64,000 nt of DNA from Schleiferiaceae bacterium (GTDB taxonomy: Bacteria > Bacteroidota > Bacteroidia > Flavobacteriales > Schleiferiaceae), in the NCBI GenBank assembly GCA_030833905.1, contig JAURGG010000001.1:19411-83410 (forward strand), in the 5' to 3' direction. The notes below the pieces were generated by a model. It did not search any database. It was given only the letters and a program-made list of their open reading frames with translations, and had not been told where the DNA came from. Of the stretch, positions 42,907 to 52,121 are shown one piece after another. How positions within the stretch are numbered: position 1 is the stretch's first letter; each line of letters starts with the position of its first letter. Position numbers and translations under genes: made by a program.

Positions 42907-44810
42907 TGCGCAAACTATTCGCGCTTTTGGCGCTCCTTTGGGGCTTGGTTACGCCCGTGCGTGCCGCGCACCTGGTGGGTGGTGAGATTACCTACACGTG
43001 TGTGGGTAACAACCAGTACCAAGTCAAGCTTCGCATTTACCGTGACTGCTTCTCGGGCGGTGCTCAGTTTGACAATACCGTCAACTTTTCGGTGTACAAC
43101 CTCGCCGGAACCCTTGTTACGAACCCTACTGTTTCAAAAGGTCCGACGGTCAATGTTCCCGCTGGAACCGGCAATCCTTGCTTAACCACTCCTCCCAATA
43201 TTTGCACGGAGTATGCCGACTACGTGACCACGTTAACACTTCCCCCTGCGGTGGGAGGCTATACGATTTCGTACCAGCGCTGCTGCCGAAATTCTACGAT
43301 CACGAACATTGCCAATCCCGGATCGCGCGGAAACACCTACACCGTGCAGATTCCGTCAATGGACAACAGCTGCAACACGGCGCCGGCGTTTACGACGGTT
43401 CCGCCCATCGTACTCTGCTTGGGCGACCAGCTGAGCATTGATGCGTCCGCGACTGAGGCAGATGGTGACTCGCTTTTTTACGAATTCTGCGACATTTACA
43501 CGGGTGGTGCCTCTGGCAACCCAACCCCAAATCCCGCGACGCCCCCGCCGTACACCCTCATTCAGTTTGTTGCACCCGCCACGGCGACTCAGCCAGTTCC
43601 GGGTAACCCTGCGCTGAGCATCAACTCTACCACCGGAATGATTACCGGTGTTGCCAACACGATTGGTCAGTATGTGGTAGGCATTTGTGTTTCAGAATAC
43701 CGCAACGGTCAGTTTGTATCTACGGTGCGTCGGGACTACCAATTCAACGTCACGAACTGCATCATCAACACCGTGGCAGATATGGTCACGCAACTTGAGG
43801 ACCCAAGCCTCTTCTGCGACGGCCGTACGTTGACCTTTACGCCACAGACCACTGGTGCTCTTACCTACTTCTGGGACTTTGGTGATACTACTAGTGTGAA
43901 TGACACGAGCTCGTTGGCCTCGCCGACCTACACGTTCCCAGATACCGGGCACTACACGGTAATGCTAGTCATCAATCCCGGACTTGTATGTACTGATACG
44001 ATTTTTGAGGTCTTTCGTGTGATGAATGCACCCGACTACTACATTGATAAGCAAGGTGTGCCATGCATTGAAGTACAGAACTACCGATTTGAGGCCAAGG
44101 GAACCGCTCCAATTGACGCCCAGATTTCTTGGGATTTCGGATCGAATTCCAACACATTTGGTGCTACAGGTCCATTAGTTACTGGGGTTCGATGGAATTC
44201 AGCCGGAACCTTCCCCGTGCGCTGTATTATTCAGTCCGCGTACTGCCCCGATACGCTTTGGGACACCGTTCAGGTTTTTGATTGGTACTACCCCGTAACC
44301 GCGACTCCGCAGGATACCCAGCTTGTTCGTGGCGACACCGTGCACTTGGATGTGACGAGCGGAGCGGCCTACTACTGGTTTGCCGACCAGCCGGTGTACT
44401 TCAACAACTCGCGCCAGCAGAACCCTCAGGCCCTAATGCACGCCGACAGTACGACCTACTACGTCATCGTTACCGACAACCGTGGTTGCCGCGGAATTGA
44501 CACCGTGTTCGTGAGCTGGCTTCCTGACCAAGTGAGTCCTGATCTGTCCAATGTGATGAACGTGATTACGCCCAATGGCGACGGAATGAACGATGTACTC
44601 GACATTTCTGAGGTCCTGTTTGGGGACGCGTGCACCTTGCGCGTAATGAACCGTTGGGGAACCACTTGGGTCTACGAGCAAGAGTCCTACGCGAATACAT
44701 GGGGCGGTACTGATGTCGATGGCAACCTGTTGCCGAGCGGAACCTACTACTTCTTTGTGGTTTGTGGTCGAGATCTTCGCTACGCCGGGCCGGTCACGAT
44801 CGTGTACTAG
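42906..44810 (+). CDS. secreted T9SS type-B C-terminal-domain protein (Cys-rich N-terminal module, PKD-like repeats)
   Basis: 634 aa with a TAATG overlap onto the previous gene. Signal peptide, AHLVGGEITYTC module, WDFGD repeats, and a C-terminus DLSNVMNVITPNGDGMNDVLDI...GTYYFFV...VTIVY. Confidence 0.85.
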   Translation: MRKLFALLALLWGLVTPVRAAHLVGGEITYTCVGNNQYQVKLRIYRDCFSGGAQFDNTVNFSVYNLAGTLVTNPTVSKGPTVNVPAGTGNPCLTTPPNICTEYADYVTTLTLPPAVGGYTISYQRCCRNSTITNIANPGSRGNTYTVQIPSMDNSCNTAPAFTTVPPIVLCLGDQLSIDASATEADGDSLFYEFCDIYTGGASGNPTPNPATPPPYTLIQFVAPATATQPVPGNPALSINSTTGMITGVANTIGQYVVGICVSEYRNGQFVSTVRRDYQFNVTNCIINTVADMVTQLEDPSLFCDGRTLTFTPQTTGALTYFWDFGDTTSVNDTSSLASPTYTFPDTGHYTVMLVINPGLVCTDTIFEVFRVMNAPDYYIDKQGVPCIEVQNYRFEAKGTAPIDAQISWDFGSNSNTFGATGPLVTGVRWNSAGTFPVRCIIQSAYCPDTLWDTVQVFDWYYPVTATPQDTQLVRGDTVHLDVTSGAAYYWFADQPVYFNNSRQQNPQALMHADSTTYYVIVTDNRGCRGIDTVFVSWLPDQVSPDLSNVMNVITPNGDGMNDVLDISEVLFGDACTLRVMNRWGTTWVYEQESYANTWGGTDVDGNLLPSGTYYFFVVCGRDLRYAGPVTIVY

Positions 44811-44830
44811 TACGCACGTATTTAAAAAGT

Positions 44831-44858
44831 AAAACGCGGCCCAAGGGCCGCGTTTTTT
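44831..44858. terminator. bidirectional rho-independent terminator (T9SS cassette / dnaJ)
   Basis: AAAA-CGCGGCC-CAAG-GGCCGCG-TTTTTT between convergent genes. Confidence 0.85.
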
Positions 44859-44878
44859 ATTGAGTCCTGCGCTGCAGG

Positions 44879-46000
44879 TTAACCTTGAAAGAGGTCTTTT
44901 ACCTTGTCAAAAAAGCTCTTGTCTCCTGCCCCAGGGCGAGGTTGAAAGCGCTCGCTTTGGTTAAGTTTCTCTAGGAGCTCTTTCTCGTCGTTCGTAAGCG
45001 ACTTAGGGGTCCACACGGCCACGTGGATCAACTGGTCGCCCTGCCCGTAGCCTTCGAGGCTAGGAAGCCCTTTGCCTTTCAGGCGAAGGGTTTTGCCGCT
45101 TTGGGTTCCGGGGTCAATCTTCATGCGCACCTTGCCTGAAACCGTAGGTACCTCGACTGAAGTACCCAAGGCTGCGTCCGGAAACGACACGTGAAGTTCA
45201 AAATGAAGGTTATTGCCCTCGCGTACAAGTACTTCGTGCGGCTCTTCTTCAATTGAAACGATTAAATCTCCTGCAGGGCCTCCTGCGGGACCATGGTTGC
45301 CTTTGCTCTGTACGCGCAGCTGCATGCCATCCTGAACTCCTGCTGGAATCTTTACACTGACCACCTCATCATTGCGCTCAAGTCCGTCAGGACCAACTCC
45401 GTCGGGTCGCTTGTCAATCGTTTTACCAGCACCCTGGCACGATGGACAAGCCGAAGCGGTGCGCATCTGACCCAAGATCGTGTTCTGTACGCGCGTCACT
45501 TGACCAGATCCCCCGCAGGTTCCGCAGGTTTTAAACGTCAGACCTTCAGCCGGAACGGCACGTCGAATTTTAATTTTCTTTTCAACGCCGTTGGCTATCT
45601 CTTCGAGGCTGAGCTTCACACGAACTCTGAGATTGGCCCCGCGGTTTGCTCCACCGCCACCGCGGCCACCAAAACCGCCAAAGGCTCCGCCAAATGCATC
45701 GCCAAAGATGTCACCAAAGTGGCTGAATATGTCGTCCATATTCATTCCGCCTCCGCCAAAACCGCCGGAACCCGCGCCAAACGCTTGGTGTCCGAACTGG
45801 TCGTACTTCTGACGTTTTTCAGGGCTTGAAAGAACCTCATAGGCCTCTGCAGCCTCTTTAAACTTTTCTTCAGCAGCGGCATCACCCGGGTTTTTGTCAG
45901 GGTGGTACTGAATGGCCATTTTACGGTAGGCCTTCTTTACCTCTTCTGCAGATGCGCCCTTAGGCACACCCAGCACTTCGTAGTAGTCGCGCTTACTCAT
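44879..46000 (-). CDS. dnaJ: molecular chaperone DnaJ
   Basis: 373 aa with a J domain (HPD), a G/F-rich region and a CxxCxGxG zinc-finger region. Confidence 0.97.
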   Translation of the reverse strand: MSKRDYYEVLGVPKGASAEEVKKAYRKMAIQYHPDKNPGDAAAEEKFKEAAEAYEVLSSPEKRQKYDQFGHQAFGAGSGGFGGGGMNMDDIFSHFGDIFGDAFGGAFGGFGGRGGGGANRGANLRVRVKLSLEEIANGVEKKIKIRRAVPAEGLTFKTCGTCGGSGQVTRVQNTILGQMRTASACPSCQGAGKTIDKRPDGVGPDGLERNDEVVSVKIPAGVQDGMQLRVQSKGNHGPAGGPAGDLIVSIEEEPHEVLVREGNNLHFELHVSFPDAALGTSVEVPTVSGKVRMKIDPGTQSGKTLRLKGKGLPSLEGYGQGDQLIHVAVWTPKSLTNDEKELLEKLNQSERFQPRPGAGDKSFFDKVKDLFQG

Positions 46001-46001
46001 C

Positions 46002-46544
46002 TCATTCGGCGGCTTGGCCCACTACTACTTTCGCGTAGCGAATGATTTTTTCTCCTAGAAGGTAGCCTGTTTCGAGCTCATCCACCACGCATCCAGCTAG
46101 TTCAGGACTTGGAGCAGGAATGTTCGTAATGGCCTCCATGCGCTCTACGTCAAATGCTTGACCCACAGTGCTGTCCATGGGCTTGAGGCCTTCGGCTTTC
46201 AGTGCGCCCACCAATTTGTTCTGAATCAAAGCGAGACCTTGGCGTTCCGGTCCTTCACCAAGGGCTTTCATTGCGCGCTCAAAGTCGTCGAGAATGGGAA
46301 GAACTGCCTTAATGACTTTTTCGCCCGCGGTAGCCATAAGCTCGAGTCGTTCACGAGCATTTCTACGGCGAAAATTTTCGAATTCGGCATAGAGTCTTAA
46401 GTTTTGATCTTTTAGCTCTTGGATTTCTGCCTCGACATCGCGCTCGGTCCCAGCTGCTGCAGAATCTCCTGCCTCTTCATTTAAATCTTGAGCCATTTGA
46501 ACCTCGTCAAGTGGCTGCTCTGGCTTCTTCGTAGAATCTTCCAT
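46002..46544 (-). CDS. grpE: nucleotide exchange factor GrpE
   Basis: 180 aa from the ATG at 46544 with an acidic N-terminus, a long helix ([13 protein letters not shown]) and a beta-domain. Sits 1 nt upstream of dnaJ. Confidence 0.9.
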   Translation of the reverse strand: MEDSTKKPEQPLDEVQMAQDLNEEAGDSAAAGTERDVEAEIQELKDQNLRLYAEFENFRRRNARERLELMATAGEKVIKAVLPILDDFERAMKALGEGPERQGLALIQNKLVGALKAEGLKPMDSTVGQAFDVERMEAITNIPAPSPELAGCVVDELETGYLLGEKIIRYAKVVVGQAAE

Positions 46545-46570
46545 AACTAAATTATTCCGTGTGGTTCCCG

Positions 46571-46619
46571 TAAAACACAAAGCCTGCCAAACGACCCAAA
46601 GGTGTCAGAATGGCAGGCT
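46571..46619 (-). terminator. 9-bp inverted repeat with a 21-nt loop and U-rich tail (candidate terminator of the tlpA-like gene, or an operator of grpE)
   Basis: AGCCTGCCA (46581-46589) pairs with TGGCAGGCT (46611-46619). On the minus strand it is followed by TTGTGTTTT. The loop is unusually long for an intrinsic terminator. Confidence 0.4.
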
Positions 46620-46635
46620 AGGTGAAAAACGCCCT

Positions 46636-47178
46636 TTACTTGGCTTGCATCGCCTTTAGGGCGTTCTCTAGTGCGGCTCCGCGAAGGTTTTTTGCCACTA
46701 CTTTGCCTTTACCGTCAATCAGGTACGTTGCAGGAATCGCATTAACACCATACAGCGCAGCGCCTTCAGAGCGCCAGCCTTTGAGATCACTCACGTGGTT
46801 GGGCCATACAAGACCATCTTTGGCAATTGCCTCTATCCAACGGTCTTTGGTGTTGTCTAACGAAAGAGAGAATACATCAAAGCCTTTACCAGTCGAAAAC
46901 TTGGCGTCTTTGTACTCGTTGTACACTCGAACCACATTGGGATTCTCCATTCGGCACGGCCCGCACCACGCAGCCCAAAAATCCAAGAGGACTACTTTGC
47001 CACGCAGGTCAGACAACTTGCGGGTTTTGCCTGACGGATCCGGGAACGCCAAATCTGGAGCCATATCGCCCACATTGATGCTTGCCATCTGTTCCGCTGC
47101 CGTAGGAGCGGTTACACGACCCGCAGGAGTAGCGGCAAATACAAGGGCTGCAATGCCCAAAACGAGAATATGTTTCAT
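46636..47178 (-). CDS. TlpA-family thiol:disulfide oxidoreductase (thioredoxin fold)
   Basis: 180 aa with a signal peptide and an FWAAWCGPCRMENP active-site motif. The 189-aa plus-strand ORF over the same DNA is rejected. Confidence 0.88.
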   Translation of the reverse strand: MKHILVLGIAALVFAATPAGRVTAPTAAEQMASINVGDMAPDLAFPDPSGKTRKLSDLRGKVVLLDFWAAWCGPCRMENPNVVRVYNEYKDAKFSTGKGFDVFSLSLDNTKDRWIEAIAKDGLVWPNHVSDLKGWRSEGAALYGVNAIPATYLIDGKGKVVAKNLRGAALENALKAMQAK

Positions 47179-47201
47179 GCTTCGAAGTTAAGCTGCAAAA
47201 A

Positions 47202-48518
47202 TCAGTCAGCCACGCGTTCAATTTTGGCACCTAAGTCACGTAGGCGCTCGTCGATACGCTCGTACCCGCGGTCGATCTGCTCGATGTTTTGAATCGTTGA
47301 TGTTCCGTCGGCGCTCAATGCCGCAATCAAAAGTGCAATTCCGGCCCGAATATCTGGCGAAGACATCGTGGTAGCGCGCAAATTAAACTGGCGGTCATGG
47401 CCAATCACCGTTGCACGGTGAGGGTCGCATAAGATGATTTGAGCTCCCATATCAATGAGTTTGTCGACAAAAAACAGACGGCTCTCAAACATTTTTTGGT
47501 GGATCAGCACCGAACCTTTGGCTTGGGTCGCCGTCACAAGTACAATACTCAACAAATCAGGAGTAAACATCGGCCATGGACCGTCTGCAATCGTCACCAT
47601 TGACCCGTCCAGGTATGCACCCATTTCATAGTGCTCTTGTGCGGGAATGTAGAGGTCGTCGCCACGCTCTTCAATGCGGATTCCAAGTTTGCGAAACACA
47701 TTCGGAATTTGGCCCAAATGTGGAATGCCCGCATTTTTAATGGTGATTTCTGACTTTGTCATTGCCGCAAGTCCAATCCATGAGCCTATTTCAATCATGT
47801 CGGGGAGGCAGCGGTGCTCCGTTCCGCCAAGGCGGGTAACGCCAGTAATTGTCAGTCGGTTGCTGCCAATTCCTTCGATTTGAGCACCCATTCGAACGAG
47901 CATTCCGCACAACTGCTGCAAGTAGGGCTCGCACGCAGCGTTGTAAATCGTCGTAACCCCAGGGGTGAGCACGGCAGCCATGACAATATTAGCAGTTCCA
48001 GTAACCGAGGGTTCGTCGAGCAAAATGTGTGCGCCTTTGAGACCCTCTGCGGGAGCCTCTACCCCATAGAAGTGCGCGCCCTCTTCATAAACGAACTTGG
48101 CCCCAAGCTTCATGAATCCTTCAAAGTGCGTATCCAACCGGCGTCGGCCAATCTTGTCTCCTCCGGGCTTGGGGATGTAGCCCTTTCCGAAGCGTGCGAG
48201 CATTGGGCCCACTACCATCACGGATCCGCGCAGCGATGCACCCTTCTTTTTATAGGTCTCGCCAAACAAGAAGTCGACATCGATTGAGTCCGCCGTAAAG
48301 CTGTAGTCGCCTTGGCCGTTTTTCGCAACGGTTACACCAAAGTCACCAAGAATCTCGATGAGCTTGTTGACGTCGACGATGTCGGGAATGTTGGTAATGC
48401 GAACTGTCTCATCAGTCAAAAGGACTGCGCACAGAATTTGGAGTACCTCGTTTTTAGCACCTTGTGGATGAACGTCTCCTTTGAGCGCAGTTCCGCCCGT
48501 AATTCGAAATGAAGCCAT
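47202..48518 (-). CDS. murA: UDP-N-acetylglucosamine 1-carboxyvinyltransferase
   Basis: 438 aa with the EPSP-synthase fold: MASFRITGGTALKGDVHPQGAKNE..., ending ERIDERLRDLGAKIERV. Confidence 0.96.
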   Translation of the reverse strand: MASFRITGGTALKGDVHPQGAKNEVLQILCAVLLTDETVRITNIPDIVDVNKLIEILGDFGVTVAKNGQGDYSFTADSIDVDFLFGETYKKKGASLRGSVMVVGPMLARFGKGYIPKPGGDKIGRRRLDTHFEGFMKLGAKFVYEEGAHFYGVEAPAEGLKGAHILLDEPSVTGTANIVMAAVLTPGVTTIYNAACEPYLQQLCGMLVRMGAQIEGIGSNRLTITGVTRLGGTEHRCLPDMIEIGSWIGLAAMTKSEITIKNAGIPHLGQIPNVFRKLGIRIEERGDDLYIPAQEHYEMGAYLDGSMVTIADGPWPMFTPDLLSIVLVTATQAKGSVLIHQKMFESRLFFVDKLIDMGAQIILCDPHRATVIGHDRQFNLRATTMSSPDIRAGIALLIAALSADGTSTIQNIEQIDRGYERIDERLRDLGAKIERVAD

Positions 48519-48520
48519 AC

Positions 48521-49207
48521 CTACTTGCGAAAGAATCCGCCTTTGCGTTTGTTGTTAAAGTTGGTGGTGTTCGGTTTTTTCTTTTTCCGATTTTTTGTGT
48601 GGAGCGGAGCATTTTGCGATACCACACCTTTGGCCACTGAGAGGGCTGAACCTTCTTGGCCAAGTCTGCCCGCTGAAAGAATCCTCAAGTCATTGAAGAT
48701 CACTGCATCGTCGACGGTGTCTTTGTTCCAGCTCAGGTAGGCACGCTTCATTTGGTTGGCGATGTCGTACTCAATTCCTTGACGCTCTTCAGACGGCTCC
48801 ATTTCGGCAACCGTGTTGATCAAATTCTGTAGAATTACACCGTAGTAGCGATGGCTTCTGCTTTTCGGGGGATAGGGAACGCGCTCGGGCTTGGCCTCGA
48901 GCAATTCTCGTTGCGGGGCAGGGAAGGGGCCATCCACATCCAGTTGAAATCCAGAGATGACGTGCAGATGGTCCCACACCTTGCGGGCAAAGTCCGCCTG
49001 GCCGCGAAGGGTGGGGTTCAACCGACCGACAGTATCGACAATATGTGCGGCAGACTCCGTTCTCTTGGCGCGGTCCTCAATCGTGAGCGTGAACTCCACC
49101 ATAGTTTGCACGAGTCGCCCGTATTCGCCCAGTACCATTTGGGGGCGGTCCGTATTGTAGTCGAGCGACAACGTAGTGATGCTTGAAGTTTCCATTAGGG
49201 TGCTCAT
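48521..49207 (-). CDS. DUF4290 domain protein
   Basis: 228 aa: DYNTDRPQMVLGEYGRLVQTMVEF.... Conserved Bacteroidota gene immediately upstream of murA, with a basic C-terminal tail. Confidence 0.8.
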   Translation of the reverse strand: MSTLMETSSITTLSLDYNTDRPQMVLGEYGRLVQTMVEFTLTIEDRAKRTESAAHIVDTVGRLNPTLRGQADFARKVWDHLHVISGFQLDVDGPFPAPQRELLEAKPERVPYPPKSRSHRYYGVILQNLINTVAEMEPSEERQGIEYDIANQMKRAYLSWNKDTVDDAVIFNDLRILSAGRLGQEGSALSVAKGVVSQNAPLHTKNRKKKKPNTTNFNNKRKGGFFRK

Positions 49208-49208
49208 G

Positions 49209-51554
49209 CTAAGCCAAGAGCTGCAATTTAGCGAACTTCAAGAGGAGTTTCTTTTCGCCCGCGTTATCAAATTGTATGGTGGCTTTTCCGCCGTCGGCGG
49301 CTGGTTCCACTTCGGTCACGGTGCCTACGCCAAAGCGATCGTGCACCACGCGAATTCCAGGGGTCAAATTTAGTTCGTGTGCGGGACTTCCCGACGCAGA
49401 ACTTGCCTGACCTAAAGGTTTGAGGTTTTCGGGCTTCCGAAACCGAATAGGCGCGGGGGGAGGTGTCGTCGCCTTCGGAGTGCTTCCGCCCATCTTTTGG
49501 GCCGCACTTCCCCTAAAGGTGCGCGGCTGTTCGGGATCGCCGAACGCATCGCGAAGCTCCCTCGGCACCCCATAGCTCTTCGGAAGTTCCGGAACGTGTA
49601 CATCTAAATGCTCTTCATCCAACTCTTCGAGAAAGCGGCTCGGCTCGCAGTCAATTAACTTACCCCATCGGTACCGAACGCGAGCATAGGTCAAAAATGC
49701 GCGCTGTTCAGCCCGTGTCAACGCGACATAAAACAGACGGCGCTCCTCTTCGAGGTCGCTTCGCGAATTCATCGCCATCATCGAAGGGAAAAGGGCGTCC
49801 TCCATTCCGACCACGAACACCACCGGAAACTCCAAGCCCTTTGCCAAGTGAATGGTCATCAAAATCACCTTGGGTTCGTCGGTCTCTTGCTCGTCGCGGT
49901 CGGTCAGCAGTGCCACATCCTGCAAAAAGGCCCCGAGGCTTGGGTCGCCGTCTTCGGTCTGGCTCTGCTGCTCTACAAAATCCTTGATTCCGTTGAGTAG
50001 TTCTTGAACGTTCTCGTAGCGGCTAATGCCCTCGGGCGTCTTGTCCTCGGCGAGTAACTTCACCAAACCACTTGTGCGGGCAATGTGCTCCACGGTTCCG
50101 AACGCATCCTGCTGCGTGGCGATGATTCGGTACGAATCAATTAAATCCGCAAATGCCACGAGCCGTTCCGCCGTGGGGCGGTTGATACCTAATTCCCAGG
50201 TAGTCGCGTGGCGCACGGCTTCCCAGAGCGGAACCTGTCGGTCATTTGCCGCAATCGTGAGCCGGGCAATGGTGGTATCGCCAATTCCGCGCCCCGGCAA
50301 ATTAATCACGCGCCGCAGGGCCTCTTCATCACTCGCATTGACCGTCAGTCGGACGTACGCGAGCACATCCTTAATCTCTTTGCGCTGGTAAAACGACAAT
50401 CCGCCATAAATCTGGTACGGAATATTCCTGCGCCGCAGCGCATCCTCAAATGAGCGGGACTGGGCATTGGTACGGTACAAAATGGCAAAGTCCCCATAAC
50501 CTCGATGCTCCCGATGCACTAAGTCAAAAATCGTCTGAGCCACATACTGGCCTTCGTCGGAATCGCTCACGCTCTGGTGCACCACAATCTTCTCTCCAAG
50601 CGGATTCTCGGTCCACACGTCTTTTTCGAGCTGCTCCTTGTTGTGCGAAATCAGCACATTGGCCGCCTTCACAATGCGCTGGGTGCTCCGGTAGTTTTGC
50701 TCCAGCTTGTACAGCGCCGCATCCGGGTAATCCTTTTGAAAATTCAAAATGTTCCGAATGTTGGCGCCGCGAAACGAATAAATGCTCTGCGCGTCATCGC
50801 CTACCACACACACGTTTTCAAAGCGCGCGGCCAACGCCTTCACAATTAAGTACTGTGCGTGGTTGGTATCCTGATACTCATCCACCAATAAATAGCGGAA
50901 CCGGTCCTGGTACTTCGCAAGCACGTCCGGAAACCGAGCGAACAACTCATTCGTCTTGAGTAGGAGGTCGTCAAAATCCATTGCTCCCGCTCGAAAGCAG
51001 CGCTCCATATACTGAGTGTATACCTCGCCGAGCTTCGACATCCGTGCCGAGGCATCTTGCTCCTGCAGGTCCGCCCTTGCTGCATAAGCCTTTGGCGTGA
51101 TTAGGCTGTTCTTGTAGGCCGAAATACGCGAGGCTACGGACTTGGTCTTGTAAATCTCTTTGTCAAGGTTCAGCTCTTTAATCACATTCGCCAGCACTTT
51201 TTGTGCATCCTCGGAATCGTAAATCGTAAAGTTGCTCGGGAACCCTAGGCGCTCACCCTCCACGCGAAGGATGCGCGCAAAAATGGAGTGGAAGGTGCCC
51301 ATCCACACATTTTTTGCCTCTGCCGGACCAATCACCTTCGCAATGCGGTCCTTCATCTCGCGCGCAGCCTTGTTCGTAAAGGTCAAGGCAAGAATCTGAA
51401 AGGCATCCGCCCCCTGGGCAATCAAATGCGCAATTCGGTATGTGAGAACCCGGGTTTTGCCTGAACCTGCTCCGGCTATGACCATAACCGGTCCGTTGAG
51501 GTGTGCTGCGGCCTTGCGCTGGGCCGGATTGAGTCCGCTTAAAAGTTCATTCAT
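49209..51554 (-). CDS. ATP-dependent DNA helicase, UvrD/PcrA/Rep family
   Basis: 781 aa with Walker A AGAGSGKT, DEYQDT, and superfamily 1A motifs through the C-terminal Tudor-like tail (RVVHDRFGVGTV). Confidence 0.93.
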   Translation of the reverse strand: MNELLSGLNPAQRKAAAHLNGPVMVIAGAGSGKTRVLTYRIAHLIAQGADAFQILALTFTNKAAREMKDRIAKVIGPAEAKNVWMGTFHSIFARILRVEGERLGFPSNFTIYDSEDAQKVLANVIKELNLDKEIYKTKSVASRISAYKNSLITPKAYAARADLQEQDASARMSKLGEVYTQYMERCFRAGAMDFDDLLLKTNELFARFPDVLAKYQDRFRYLLVDEYQDTNHAQYLIVKALAARFENVCVVGDDAQSIYSFRGANIRNILNFQKDYPDAALYKLEQNYRSTQRIVKAANVLISHNKEQLEKDVWTENPLGEKIVVHQSVSDSDEGQYVAQTIFDLVHREHRGYGDFAILYRTNAQSRSFEDALRRRNIPYQIYGGLSFYQRKEIKDVLAYVRLTVNASDEEALRRVINLPGRGIGDTTIARLTIAANDRQVPLWEAVRHATTWELGINRPTAERLVAFADLIDSYRIIATQQDAFGTVEHIARTSGLVKLLAEDKTPEGISRYENVQELLNGIKDFVEQQSQTEDGDPSLGAFLQDVALLTDRDEQETDEPKVILMTIHLAKGLEFPVVFVVGMEDALFPSMMAMNSRSDLEEERRLFYVALTRAEQRAFLTYARVRYRWGKLIDCEPSRFLEELDEEHLDVHVPELPKSYGVPRELRDAFGDPEQPRTFRGSAAQKMGGSTPKATTPPPAPIRFRKPENLKPLGQASSASGSPAHELNLTPGIRVVHDRFGVGTVTEVEPAADGGKATIQFDNAGEKKLLLKFAKLQLLA

Positions 51555-51563
51555 GACGAGCTA

Positions 51564-51571
51564 CAAAAGTA
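51564..51571 (-). promoter_or_regulatory. -7 box TACTTTTG, 9 nt upstream of the helicase ATG
   Basis: Exact TAnnTTTG match on the minus strand. Confidence 0.5.
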
Positions 51572-51656
51572 GGTGGGCAGGCCCCCGGAGCATCGTCGCG
51601 TGGAAAACTTTGAAATTCTTTTTACTAGGTGGAGGTGATTAGAGCAGAATTTGTTC

Positions 51657-51664
51657 TACATTTG
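51657..51664 (+). promoter_or_regulatory. -7 box TACATTTG, 62 nt upstream of rpsL (ribosomal superoperon promoter candidate)
   Basis: Exact TAnnTTTG match. A small CCCC-N8-GGGG hairpin (51669-51684) lies in the predicted leader. Confidence 0.55.
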
Positions 51665-51726
51665 CAGTCCCCAAAAAAGTGGGGGTGAAATTTTATTTCT
51701 ACCGACGTCAAACCACGTAGAAGAGC

Positions 51727-52107
51727 ATGCCAACGATCCAACAATTAGTCCGCAAAGGACGCGTAACCCTGGAAAAGAAGAGCAAGTCGGCCGCACTGGA
51801 CGCTTGCCCACAACGCCGTGGCGTTTGTACCCGGGTATACACCACAACTCCTAAGAAGCCGAATTCCGCGATGCGCAAAGTTGCGCGTGTGCGGTTGACC
51901 AACGGTAATGAAGTCAACGCCTACATCGGAGGTGAAGGACACAACCTGCAAGAGCACAGCATTGTGCTGGTTCGCGGAGGTCGTGTAAAAGACCTTCCTG
52001 GTGTTCGCTACCACATCGTTCGCGGTGCCCTTGATACGGCTGGCGTGAACGGTCGTATGCAGCGTCGTTCGAAGTACGGAACGAAGCGTCCAAAGGCTAA
52101 AAAATAA
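51727..52107 (+). CDS. rpsL: 30S ribosomal protein uS12
   Basis: [12 protein letters not shown]...[15 protein letters not shown], canonical S12. Confidence 0.98.
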   Translation: MPTIQQLVRKGRVTLEKKSKSAALDACPQRRGVCTRVYTTTPKKPNSAMRKVARVRLTNGNEVNAYIGGEGHNLQEHSIVLVRGGRVKDLPGVRYHIVRGALDTAGVNGRMQRRSKYGTKRPKAKK

Positions 52108-52121
52108 TTAAGTAAGGAACC

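Noticed and set aside
46545-46635. CIRCE/HrcA operator upstream of grpE
   Set aside because: The inverted repeat present (AGCCTGCCA-N21-TGGCAGGCT) matches neither the CIRCE sequence nor its 9-nt spacing.
46622-47191. 189-aa plus-strand ORF
   Set aside because: It is a mirror of the tlpA-like thioredoxin-fold gene, which has a clear WCGPC active site and a signal peptide. The plus-strand product has no features.
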